From assembly GCA_965198115.1 (NCBI GenBank), contig OZ240241.1, positions 7,008,001 through 7,072,000 of the forward strand: DNA of 64,000 nucleotides, in the 5' to 3' direction. The notes under the pieces are model-generated. The model had not been told where the DNA came from. It did not search any database and worked only from the letters and a program-made list of their open reading frames with translations. This DNA is from Candidatus Latescibacterota bacterium (lineage in GTDB: Bacteria > Latescibacterota > UBA2968). The first letter of the stretch is position 1. Each line of letters opens with the position of its first letter. This document shows, piece after piece, positions 9,996 through 20,043 of this stretch. The position numbers were made by a program, and so were the translations under genes.

Positions 9996-10879
9996 CGGGC
10001 TTGGATATCTCGGCCGGGGAAGCCGTCGGTCTCGCCTGCGCCTTTGTCTGGGCGCTCAACGGGGTGATCATACGGACGCAGTCCTACAAGGTTCCTCCAG
10101 TGCTGATGAACGCGATCCGGTGTGCGGCGGCGGGCATCTGTTTCTGGATCGGGCTGGCGGTGACGAGTTCGCTCGCCGTCTACGGATTGCTCAGCGCGAG
10201 GGAATGGGGGCTTCTGCTCGGTTCGGTGGTCATCGGCGTGACGATGGGCGACACGCTGTATCTGTGGTCGATCCGGGAGATCGGGATCTCCCGGACGATG
10301 GCGCTCGTGAGCGTTGTTCCGTTGACCACGCTGTTCTTCGAACACGTCCTGCTCGACCAGCCATTTCCGCCCCGTTTCGTCGCTGGGTGTTGTCTCGTGG
10401 TGATCGGGGTGACATCTCTGTCGCTCAAGTCGAAGTTGGAACGAAGCAAGGGGGCGGGCGATCGGCAGTGGCTCGGTGTTCTGCTTTCGCTTTCGGCGGC
10501 CGTGCTGTGGGGTCTAAGCACGGTGATGATCAAGCCGGCGATCGAACAGCTGTCGCCGATCGAGGCTAACAGCGTGAGAATGCCTGTGGTCGTGCTGTTT
10601 CTGTTCGCGGCCCATCGCTTCACCGGATCCGGCCCCGTAGAGGCTTCGCGGTCGACCCTCGCGATCGTGGCTGCGACCGGGCTGCTGGGTATGGGTCTGG
10701 GGTCCTACCTCTTTTTCAAGGCGATCGATACGATCGGGCCGGCGAAGACGGCCGTCCTCGCAGCGATCGCGCCGGTGTTCGGGATGGTAATGGCGGTGGT
10801 GTTCTTGAAGGAACGAGTGACAAGACGGGTGATAGCGGGTGTGGGGTTGTGCGTGGGAGGTGTGTGGTTCGTCCTGTGA
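9992..10879 (+). CDS. DMT/EamA family transporter
   Basis: About 10 TM helices in two EamA repeats, FLKERVT; 4-nt overlap with upstream gene. Confidence 0.9.
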   Translation: MTGLDISAGEAVGLACAFVWALNGVIIRTQSYKVPPVLMNAIRCAAAGICFWIGLAVTSSLAVYGLLSAREWGLLLGSVVIGVTMGDTLYLWSIREIGISRTMALVSVVPLTTLFFEHVLLDQPFPPRFVAGCCLVVIGVTSLSLKSKLERSKGAGDRQWLGVLLSLSAAVLWGLSTVMIKPAIEQLSPIEANSVRMPVVVLFLFAAHRFTGSGPVEASRSTLAIVAATGLLGMGLGSYLFFKAIDTIGPAKTAVLAAIAPVFGMVMAVVFLKERVTRRVIAGVGLCVGGVWFVL

Positions 10880-10901
10880 AACCGGGAATGACCAATGACA
10901 G

Positions 10902-13900
10902 GTGACCAGTGACAAAAGTGAAAGCTCTGCATTGACCGATACCCTTGAGCTTTTCCATCCGCTGATCGAGAAGTGGTTCGAGGAGCAGGTGGGGAATCCG
11001 ACGGATGTGCAGCGGCAGGCCTGGCCGAGAATCGCGGCGGGTGAGCACGTTCTGATCACTGCGCCGACGGGCAGCGGGAAGACGATGGCCTCGTTTCTGT
11101 GGGCGATCAACCAGCTGGTGACCGGAGCGGTTCCGTGCGGTTTCACGAGCGTGGTTTACGTCTCTCCGCTAAAGGCACTCAACAACGACATTCAGAGAAA
11201 CCTCCTGTCGCCGCTTCAGGCGCTTCGGTCGATTTTCGACGAAGCCCACGAGGTGTTTCCGGACATTCGGGTCCTCACACGGAGCGGCGACACGCCACAG
11301 TCCGACCGCCGGCGTATGCTGCGTGAGCCACCCGAGATTCTGATTACGACACCTGAGAGTCTGAACCTGATGCTGAGTTCGAAAGGGGGATGCTCTATTC
11401 TGGGTGGGGTCAGGTCGGTACTGCTGGACGAGGTGCACGGCGTGTTCGATTCGAAGCGGGGTGTGCATTTGATGACCGCCGTCGAACGTCTCACGCGGCT
11501 GTCGGGCGAGTTCCAGCGCATCGCGCTGTCGGCCACGATACGACCGATGGAAACGGTCGCCGATTTCGTGGGCGGCTTTCGTCTGGAGGGAGCGGCCGAG
11601 GCGCCGAGCTTTACGCCTCGCAGCGTGACGCGAGTCGCTTCCTCCACCGAGAAACGATACGATCTCAGCATCGTGTCGCTCGACGAAGCGTTCGATCCGG
11701 CCGACCCCGACGCCGTCTGGGGTCCCGTGGTGGAAGACTGCAAGTCTCACATTCGCACGAATCGTTCGACGCTGATCTTTGCGAACAGCCGCCGTCTCGT
11801 CGAGACACTCACGCTAAAGATCAACGAGGGTGAGCCCAAGCCCATCGCCTACTCGCATCACGGTGCGCTGTCCCGGGAAATCAGAACGGAAGTCGAGGCC
11901 CGGCTGAAGTCAGGGGATCTGCGCGCCATCGTCGCCACGAATTCGCTGGAGATGGGTATCGACATCGGTGCACTCGACGAGGTCCTTCTAGTTCAGTCGC
12001 CGCGGGCCATCTCTTCGGCCGTTCAGCGGGTCGGACGGGCGGGGCACCATGGGCGAAGTGAGTCGTGCCGTCTTCTACCCGACGCACGCGCAGGATTTCC
12101 TGGAGTCGGCGGTCTTGGCGAAGGGGATCGCCAGCGGCGATATCGAGGCGGCGAGGCCGGTGAGGAACCCGCTGGATGTGCTCGCGCAGGTGCTCGTGTC
12201 GATGACGTGTATGGAAACGTGGCCACTCGAAGGGCTGTATGCGTTCGTGCGAACGTGCTGGTCGTTTCACGAGCTGAGTCGCACGCAGTTCGACCTCGTG
12301 ATCCGTATGCTGGCCGGGCGCTATGCGGACAGCCGAATCCGGGAACTGCAGCCACGTGTTTCTGTCGATGGACTGGAGAACACGGTGACGGGCAGGAAGG
12401 GGGCCCTCCAGGTTCTGTATCGATCGGGTGGGACGATCCCGGATCGTGGCTACTTCCATATGCGACACGTTCAGGGCGATGCGCGAATCGGGGAACTGGA
12501 CGAAGAGTTCGTGTGGGAGGCGGATGTCGGCAAGACATTCACCCTGGGGACCCAGCAATGGCGAATCGAGCAGATCACGCACAATGATGTGTTCGTCAGC
12601 CCTGCGAGCGGCAATGTCAAGGATCTTCCGTTCTGGAAGGCGGAAGGGTACGCGCGGGATTTCCACTTCTCCGAGCAGATCGGAGGGTTTCTGGAGGATG
12701 CCGACGGGCGTGTGGACGATTCGGAATTCGAAGCGTCCCTCAGATCGGGCTATGGCCTGGACGAAGCTGCGGCAGATCGGCTGACGACTTTTTTGAAGGA
12801 TCAGAAGTCGCGCACACGGACGTCGCTGCCGCATCGTCATCACCTGCTCGTGGAAGCCGTGGAGTCGGGTCCGAAGGGGGCACCCGGCAATCAGATCGTG
12901 CTGCATACCCTTTGGGGAGGACGTGTGAACGTTCCCTTCGCGCTGGCGATGGAAACCGCGTGGGAGGATCGCTTCGGACAGCCCCTCGAGGTCTTTCCGA
13001 ACAATGAGGGCGTCGTCCTGATGGTTCCGGACGACGTCGAACCTGAAGAAGTGCTCTCGCTCGTCACGCCAGCCAATCTGGAGTCGCTGATTCGGCGCCG
13101 TCTCGAAAGTTCCGGTTTCTTCGGCGCGCGCTTCAGGGAATGTGCGGGTCGGGCGCTCGTCGTGACCCGGACAAGGGCTGGCGAACGGATGCCTCTGTGG
13201 CTGAGCCGTCTGAAGTCGAAAAAGCTTCTGGCCGCGGTCAGCCGGTTCGATGACTTTCCGATTCTGCTTGAGACGTGGCGCGCCTGCCTGCAGGACGAAT
13301 TCGATCTGGAGAATCTCGGAAAGGTGCTGGGCGAGCTTGAGTCGGGCGCGGTCTCGTGGAGTTGTGCGCAGACGATTTTTCCAAGTCCGATGGCGCAGAC
13401 GGGGGCGTGGCGGCAGGTGAATCAATATATGTACGGGAACGACTCGCCGAAGGGAGGTGTTTCGTCCAACCTGCGAAACGATCTGATCCGGGATGCTGTT
13501 CTGATACCGGAGCTGCGTCCGACGATCGATGGCGATCTCGCCAGCCGGTTCGAACAGAAGCGACAGAGGCTGTGGCAAGGCTATGCGCCCGGTGACGCGC
13601 TCGACCTCGTGGAGTGGATCAAGGAACGGATCGCCCTACCGGAGGAGGAGTGGAACGCGCTGTTAGACGCGATCCGGCGCGACCACGTGGAGGAGGCGAG
13701 TGGTCTGATCGAGGAGGCGTCCGATCGGCTGGCACGACTCGATATCGGTGATCGCTCGCTCGTCCTGGCCATCGAGCGTCTGGCCGAGGTCTGTTCCGCC
13801 TGGTATGCCGGTTCCGACGTGATCGCCGGGCGTCTTTCGGACGATCGACCGATTGAAATCGTGGCACAGGCGGACTCGGTGGATGAGGAGGGGGAAGAAA

Positions 13901-15369
13901 TCGTCGATCGTTTGCTGGGTGAATGGCTGTCGTTCTATGGGCCGACCGAGCTGGCCGCGATCGCCGAGCGTCTGGGGTTGGATCGGCTGATGGTCGAATC
14001 CGCGATCGACGATCTGGTCGAGTCCGAGACGGTCGTACAGGGGACGCTGCTCGAGGCGGATGCGTCGAACCTCGTGTGCGATGCCGAGAATTTCGAGATT
14101 CTGATTCGGTTGTCGCGATCGGACGCGAAGCCTTCGTTAGTGGCGCGGCCGATCGAGGAGCTGGCGCCGTTCCTGGCCCGATACCAGGGACTGGCGGAAC
14201 CGGTTGAGGGCGTGGAGGGCGTCTACAGGGCTGTCGAACGTCTATCAGGGTATCGCGCCCCAGCTGCGTTGTGGGAGTCCGAGTTTCTATCCGCCCGCGT
14301 GGCCGGCTACGAAGGGGGAGATCTGGACACGTTGATGCAGGAGGGGGGCCTGCGCTGGATCGGTACGCTGGGTGAACAGGTGACGGTCTATCTCGCACCC
14401 GACCACGATCTGCTCTTCGATGATGCGGTCGAAACGGTCTCCGGGGACGATCGTCACCGGACGCTCTTTCCGGATTCAACGGCGCGGTATGATTTTATGA
14501 CTTTGTTGAAGCGAACGGGGATGCAGGCGCCGGCGCTTTCGACCCTGCTGTGGGAAGGTGTGTGGTCTACGACCCTCGTGAACGACAGCTTCGGGGCCTT
14601 GAGACGCGGTCTCGAAACGCGGTTCACCGCGCCGGAGACGGTTGCGGATTTCTCTCGTACGACAGGGCGGAGCCGGAGAGCGACTTTCGGGGCCTGGCGG
14701 AGCCAGGTGTTGCCAGGGAATTGGATGCCGGTGACTCCGGTTGAACCGCCCGATGGACTGGTCGATCGGGAAGAACGAAACAAGGACCGTGTCAGAATGG
14801 TGCTCGACCGGTATGGCATCGTCTTCAGAGAGCTGCTCGCGCGGGAGACTTCGCCATTCAGGTGGGGCGCGCTGTTCCGGTCCCTCAGGCTGATGGAGCT
14901 GTCGGGTGAAGTCGTGGCCGGGTATTTCTTCGAGGACCTTGCGGGTCCCCAGTTCGCCTCACACCAGGCGTTCCGGATGCTTCAACGAGAATTCGAAGAT
15001 GTCGTTTTTTGGATGAGTGCCGTCGACCCAGCCTCGGTATGCGGGCTGCCGGTGGACGCTCTCAGGGGGAAACTCCCACGACGGATTCCAGGAAACCATC
15101 TTGTCTTCCGTGGGACAGAATGCGTGATGACGTCGCTTCGGTCGGGAAGGGAGCTCACGATCGATCTGGATCCGACGGACGCCGACCTCCCCTCTTGTTT
15201 AGGCGTCCTGCGACACCTGATGACGCGCCATTTTAACCCGATCCGGTCGATCACGGTCGAAAAGATCAACGGTCAGGACGCTGGGACGGGACCCTACGTC
15301 GACGTCCTGAGGACGGTCTTCGACGCCCACGTTGACTTCCGTTCCGTGGTGCTACATCGAAAGATTTGA
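10902..15369 (+). pseudogene. lhr: Lhr-family DEAD/H helicase with extended C-terminus, frameshifted at ~12049 (real lesion or sequencing error)
   Basis: APTGSGKT, SPLKALNND, ITTPESL, DEVH, SAT, LEMGIDIG, QRVGRAGH in 10902..; GTIPDRG, GELDEEFV, FGARFRECAGRAL, RYGIV in 12049..15369. Confidence 0.85.
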
Positions 15370-15397
15370 AGAATTACCAGTTTGCCGTAAGCGCACG

Positions 15398-15446
15398 GTC
15401 ACACTGAGTCCTTCGACTCCGCTCAGGACAGGCTCCCGTCGAAGTG
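15398..15446. repeat. REP-like element (CCTTCGACTCCGCTCAGGACAGGCT family), nested form
   Basis: Same core recurs inverted at 19805-19854 and as a variant at 58444-58494. Confidence 0.7.
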
Positions 15447-15477
15447 TCGGTAGTTGGAGGGTTCCTGAGTTGTATGT

Positions 15478-15503
15478 TAAAAGTGGCCCCGGGGCCACTT
15501 TTA
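15478..15503. repeat. Perfect 26-bp palindrome TAAAAGTGGCCCCGGGGCCACTTTTA
   Basis: Read directly; marks the start of the AT-rich segment before the TA pair. Confidence 0.9.
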
Positions 15504-15570
15504 TGGCCATTTAAAATGGATCTAATCTGTTATGCTGTAAAATAACCAGATAAATACTGATTCACATAAT

Positions 15571-15590
15571 ACCCATATATATATATGGGT
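15571..15590. promoter_or_regulatory. Perfect 20-bp palindrome ACCCATATATATATATGGGT, candidate TA operator
   Basis: About 35 bp upstream of the antitoxin ATG in an AT-rich promoter region. Confidence 0.5.
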
Positions 15591-15624
15591 TAATAAATAT
15601 TGTGATATTGTATAAACTGATATT

Positions 15625-15870
15625 ATGAAGACGACCATAGACATTTCGGACAGCCTTCTGTTAAGGGCAAAACAGTTGGCCAAAGAGCAGAATGTGACGC
15701 TCCGGAGTCTTGCCGAAGAAGGTCTGCGGAAAGTGATCGAGGAGCGCTCGGCGCGTGAACCGTGCCGGGTAAGCCCGATTACCTTTCGCGGCAAGGGGCT
15801 CTCCCCTGAGTATCAAGGCGCATCATGGGAGCGCATTCGAGACGCTGCATACGGAGGGCGTGGCGCGTGA
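15625..15870 (+). CDS. vapB: Type II TA antitoxin, RHH/VapB-like
   Basis: MKTTIDISDSLLLRAKQLA..TLRSLAEEGLR ribbon-helix-helix; GTGA overlap with a PIN toxin gene. Confidence 0.88.
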   Translation: MKTTIDISDSLLLRAKQLAKEQNVTLRSLAEEGLRKVIEERSAREPCRVSPITFRGKGLSPEYQGASWERIRDAAYGGRGA

Positions 15871-16304
15871 TTGCTGTGGACACGAATCTACTGATCTACG
15901 CCCACCGGGAGGATTCGGATTTCCACAGCCCCACGATCACGGCTTTACAAGGGCTAGCGGAGAACGGTAGCCGGTGGGTCATTCCCTGGCCTTGCCTCCA
16001 CGAATTTCTTGCCATCATTACGCATCCAAGAATCTTCGATCCGCCCACCCCGATACCTCTCGCGCTGGAGGCGATGGAGGTGTGGCTGAGGTCGCCAGGG
16101 TGTGAGATGATAGGTGAAGAGCCGGGCTACTACGAAGAGCTGAAGCGGCTCATTACAAACGGAAAGATCTCAGGGCTGTTGGTTCACGACGCTCGGATCG
16201 CAGCGCTGTGCATTCATCACGGCGTCCAGGTGCTCTGGACGGCCGATCGGGACTTCTCCCGATTCGCCTCGCTCAAGACCCACAATCCCGTTGGTGCCAA
16301 CTAG
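15867..16304 (+). CDS. vapC: VapC family PIN-domain ribonuclease toxin
   Basis: IAVDTNLLIYA, HEF, VHDARIAA, TADRDFSRF; GTG start overlapping the antitoxin stop. Confidence 0.92.
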   Translation: MIAVDTNLLIYAHREDSDFHSPTITALQGLAENGSRWVIPWPCLHEFLAIITHPRIFDPPTPIPLALEAMEVWLRSPGCEMIGEEPGYYEELKRLITNGKISGLLVHDARIAALCIHHGVQVLWTADRDFSRFASLKTHNPVGAN

Positions 16305-16495
16305 CTGTTGATTTCGGGTACTCAAGTAGGCAAGAAGCGACTTTCCCGCTAACCGTTTCAGTTGGATACGCTTCGGTTCCAGATGCAGGCATCGGGTCAG
16401 CCCTCCCTAGGTTACGGTCTTTCACCAAAGGTCCCAACCCCGGTCAGACACTGAGCGGCTCTGCCGTGGACCTTGCCGTTCTTCCCGCCTAACCT
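16305..16495 (-). ncRNA. Candidate structured non-coding RNA, family unknown
   Basis: 11-bp closing stem (16481-16491 with 16327-16337) enclosing about 7 short stems; mismatches are G-U wobbles only on the minus strand. Confidence 0.55.
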
Positions 16496-16620
16496 TTTCG
16501 ATCGTCACGTCCGCTGTCCTCGCGCCCTGCGCATCACGACATCGACCCACGTGCCCCGAGACTTTAAGTGAGTGGCTCCGCTCCGTATCTTTCCTCTGAA
16601 ATCAAGCCGAGGAGAAAACG

Positions 16621-17400
16621 TTGGAAGCGGCAGAGCAAGACACAAAAGGCTACGACTTCGAGGTGGTCGACAAGCGGCTTCGAAGCCTGCGATCGGATAC
16701 CGTCAGTATCGGAGAACTGGGGGAAGCTTGTGGGCTACCTATCCTGGCCGCGAAGGTGGGCGATCGAACGGCGGATCGTCTGACGGTTCTGATGACCGGC
16801 GGTGTCCACGGCGATGAGCCCGCGGGTGTCGAATGCATCCTCCGGTTCCTCGAAGGGTCGGTCGAGGCCTACCTGGACCGTTTTTTCTTCTGTGTGATTC
16901 CGTGTGTGAATCCCTCGGGCTACGTACAGGGGACCCGGGAGAACGCTGATGGCCAGGACATCAATCGGGCGATGTCGGATGACGACGTCGTCGAGTCGGT
17001 CCTTCTGCGACGTTTTATTGCCGGTCGACATTTTCATCTGTTTTTCGATCATCACGAAGATTACGAGGCGACGGGATTCTACATTTACGAAGCGCAGCGC
17101 CAGGATCGACTGCTCGGCACGCAGATGGTCGATGCGATTAAGTCGATCGGCCCGGTCGACGGGGATGAGAATACCGATGAGGGGCTCGACCTGCCCATCT
17201 CGGAAGGTCTTTATGCGATCAACCCGGAATGGAAGGATCAGGGATGGTCGGCCCATGCCTACTACGAGCACGCGGAGCACGTTGTCCTGTGTGAAACACC
17301 ATCGACTGCGTGGCCCCTGGATCAGCGTGTCGATGCCCATCTGACTGCACTGCGGTTGACGCTGGATCACTATACCCAGGTTTCAACGGATTCGACGTGA
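16621..17400 (+). CDS. M14 family metallocarboxypeptidase (succinylglutamate desuccinylase-like)
   Basis: GGVHGDEPAG, PCVNPSG, RENADGQDINR, DHHED; SD GAGGAG, TTG start. Confidence 0.88.
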   Translation: MEAAEQDTKGYDFEVVDKRLRSLRSDTVSIGELGEACGLPILAAKVGDRTADRLTVLMTGGVHGDEPAGVECILRFLEGSVEAYLDRFFFCVIPCVNPSGYVQGTRENADGQDINRAMSDDDVVESVLLRRFIAGRHFHLFFDHHEDYEATGFYIYEAQRQDRLLGTQMVDAIKSIGPVDGDENTDEGLDLPISEGLYAINPEWKDQGWSAHAYYEHAEHVVLCETPSTAWPLDQRVDAHLTALRLTLDHYTQVSTDST

Positions 17401-19721
17401 ACGAAGACGACCTCCGAGCCGCGCTCCCCGATGTGACCTCGCCGTTCGCGTTCGACGCGCTCGGAGCGGAGGTGACTGTACATCGGGATTCCTGGGGCAT
17501 CCCTCACATCCGAGCCGAGAATGAACGCGACTTGTTCTTTGCCCAGGGTTTTGTGACGGCCCAGGATCGTCTATGGCATATGGACTACGACCGACACCGC
17601 GCGCTCGGGCGGTGGGCAGAATGGGTGGGTGTCTCGGGTGTCGAACAGGATCGACTGATGCGCACGGCCGGAATGGGCAGGACCGCTAAGCTCGACTACG
17701 ACGCGTGCAGTGATTCTGCTCGCGCGATGGTAGACACATACACGGCGGGCGTGAATGCCTTTATCGAGACAACGAAAGCCCTGCCGGTTGAATACACACT
17801 TCTAGAATGTGAGCCCGAGACCTGGGAAAACTGGCATTGTATCACGGTCTACAAGATGCGCAACACTCTGCTAGGGACGTTCGAACCAAAACTGCTGCGC
17901 ACTCGCCTCGCGGGAAACCCGGATGCCGCTCCGACTCTGGTACGGCTGTTGAACGGATATCCAAACGGCCATCTCGTGACCGTGCCTCCGGGAGAGGAAT
18001 ACGACGGTGAACGGCTGAACGGGCTGGCGTCTCTGTCGCGGGCGCTGGAAGAGATCGACCGGCTGAACGAGGTCGAGGCGGGGTCGAACGCGTGGTCAAT
18101 ATCGGGTGCCCGTACGGCCTCGGGAAAGCCTCTGGTGGGCGGCGATTCGCACCGAGCGCTCGACACGCCGAGCGTCTACTATCAGGTCCACCTGAGCTGC
18201 CCCGATTTTTCGGTGATCGGTCATTCGGTCCCCGGTATGCCCGGAGCACTCCACTTCTGCCACAACGAGCACGTTGCTTGGGGAATGACGTATGGGAGTG
18301 CAGACACTCAGGACCTCTTCATCGAGCGCTTCCGAGATGAGGATGGGAAACGAACCTACGCGTTCGAAAGCGAGTGGAGAGAAGCAGAGGTGCTTCCGGA
18401 ACGCTTGTTCGTAAAGGGGAGCGATCTGGTCGATCTCGAGGTGACGATCACGCATCACGGACCGGTCGTGGCAGGCGACCCCGGCCAGGGGGTTGGAGTC
18501 AGCATTTCGGATCCCGGGCTGATCGAGGGGACGCCGTGGGTCGATGCGGCCCGCGATGCAATGGCTGCCCGGAGTGTGGAGGAACTGCATACTGCATTTG
18601 CCAGGTGGAACGATCGAGTCAACAACTACGCTGTCGCAGACGTGAAGGGGACGTTCGGCTACCTGCACGAGGGCAGGATCCCGATTCGGGGAGAGGAAAA
18701 CGGTTGGCGCGCCGTTTCCGGGTGGGATGGGAAGCACGAGTGGCGTGGCTATATTCCACAAGACGATCTGCCCAGGTCCATCAATCCGGAGACGGGGTAT
18801 GCGATCACGTGCAACCAGCGAGTGGCGCCGAGCGACTATGCTCATTACGTCGGGGTGAACTTTACGCCAGAGTTCCGTGCGCGACGTATCCAACGGCGTC
18901 TCGACCGCATCCCGGCCGGTGAGGCCACGGTCGAGGATATGGGCTCGATCCACGGGGAACGCCAGTCCACGCCTGCTCGCGTACTCGTCGAACGCCTGGC
19001 CCGGACCGAATCGGATGATGAGCGCATTCGAAAAGCGCTGTCTTACCTGCGCGGATGGGACTGCCGGATGGATCGGGATCACGTGGCACCCACGATTTAC
19101 GCCGAGACCCGATCACAGCTGATCGAGCGGCTGACCCGTCACCTGTTCAAATCGGAAGGCGATCGGCTTCTTTCGAAAGAACCGGGTGCCGACGCGCACG
19201 TTCGGCTCGTTGCCCTCGAGATCACGCTGGGCCTGCAGCGAGGGGACGAAAGTTTACTGCCCGATGGTGAGACGTGGGATTCGATCTTGTTGGATTCGTT
19301 GGGGCAAGCGATGGATCGACTCGACGCGAGTCTCGGGCCGGATCTGGATGAATGGTACTGGGGCCGCGTACACCGAACACGTCCCTCCCATCCGCTCTCG
19401 GACACGTTTCCCGACGCTGCCGAATACTTGGATCCACCTTCGCTCGGCGTCCACGGGGATGCCGATACACCGCTGGCCGGCAGCTACCCTCTTGATGCGC
19501 GTTATACGGTGAGCGGACTGTCTGTGAACCGTTACATTCACGACCCGTCCGATTGGCCGAACTCGCGTTGGATCGTTCCCCTGGGCTCGTCGGGTCATCC
19601 TGGAAGTCCACACTACGCCGATCAGGCCGAGCTCTGGGCCGACGTCGAGTTCATTCCTCAGCTGTGGGATTGGGATGAGATTCAGGAACAGGCGGAGACG
19701 ACCCAATTGCTTCACCCCTAG
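17397..19721 (+). CDS. Penicillin acylase family (Ntn hydrolase, S45)
   Basis: RDSWGIPHI, AQGFVTAQDRLWHMD, GSNAW nucleophile, GSSGHPGSPHYADQ; GTGA-coupled to the peptidase gene. Confidence 0.93.
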   Translation: MNEDDLRAALPDVTSPFAFDALGAEVTVHRDSWGIPHIRAENERDLFFAQGFVTAQDRLWHMDYDRHRALGRWAEWVGVSGVEQDRLMRTAGMGRTAKLDYDACSDSARAMVDTYTAGVNAFIETTKALPVEYTLLECEPETWENWHCITVYKMRNTLLGTFEPKLLRTRLAGNPDAAPTLVRLLNGYPNGHLVTVPPGEEYDGERLNGLASLSRALEEIDRLNEVEAGSNAWSISGARTASGKPLVGGDSHRALDTPSVYYQVHLSCPDFSVIGHSVPGMPGALHFCHNEHVAWGMTYGSADTQDLFIERFRDEDGKRTYAFESEWREAEVLPERLFVKGSDLVDLEVTITHHGPVVAGDPGQGVGVSISDPGLIEGTPWVDAARDAMAARSVEELHTAFARWNDRVNNYAVADVKGTFGYLHEGRIPIRGEENGWRAVSGWDGKHEWRGYIPQDDLPRSINPETGYAITCNQRVAPSDYAHYVGVNFTPEFRARRIQRRLDRIPAGEATVEDMGSIHGERQSTPARVLVERLARTESDDERIRKALSYLRGWDCRMDRDHVAPTIYAETRSQLIERLTRHLFKSEGDRLLSKEPGADAHVRLVALEITLGLQRGDESLLPDGETWDSILLDSLGQAMDRLDASLGPDLDEWYWGRVHRTRPSHPLSDTFPDAAEYLDPPSLGVHGDADTPLAGSYPLDARYTVSGLSVNRYIHDPSDWPNSRWIVPLGSSGHPGSPHYADQAELWADVEFIPQLWDWDEIQEQAETTQLLHP

Positions 19722-19804
19722 ACCAGTCGACGGTGGGCAGCAGACGGTGGATGGTAAATACGGCTTCGCCCCATTACGCGATGACATTTCGGTGGGATCG
19801 GTCG

Positions 19805-19854
19805 AGCCTGCACCGAGCGGAGCCTGTCCTGAGCGGAGTCGAAGGGTCGAAGTG
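19805..19854. repeat. REP-like element, nested form
   Basis: AGCCTGTCCTGAGCGGAGTCGAAGG lies inside a related outer copy. Confidence 0.7.
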
Positions 19855-20043
19855 ACTGCGAACTGTTGCCGAAAGAAGCCACAGACTCTACCGATTGTCA
19901 TTGATGTTGCGACACAGAGTCGTTGAGCATCGTCACACTACTTCCCCGAATAGGGCCACGATCATCGACCTGCCACACATTCGTGTTCATCTGTGTTCAT
20001 TTGTGGTTCCAACGTAGCAATAGCTGAAGCCAGGACAGAGACA

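Noticed and set aside
11881-13578. Long antisense ORFs (also 31245-32360, 42855-44246, 9009-9905, 52944-53885)
   Set aside because: Shadow ORFs expected in GC-rich DNA overlapping well-supported genes; no motifs
16208-16492. 94-aa + strand ORF over the candidate RNA
   Set aside because: Overlaps vapC out of frame, no SD, no motif
16305-16565. Assigning the structured element to 6S RNA
   Set aside because: A weak end-to-end pairing exists, but ~260 nt and a multi-branched fold do not fit the 6S rod; left unassigned pending an Rfam search
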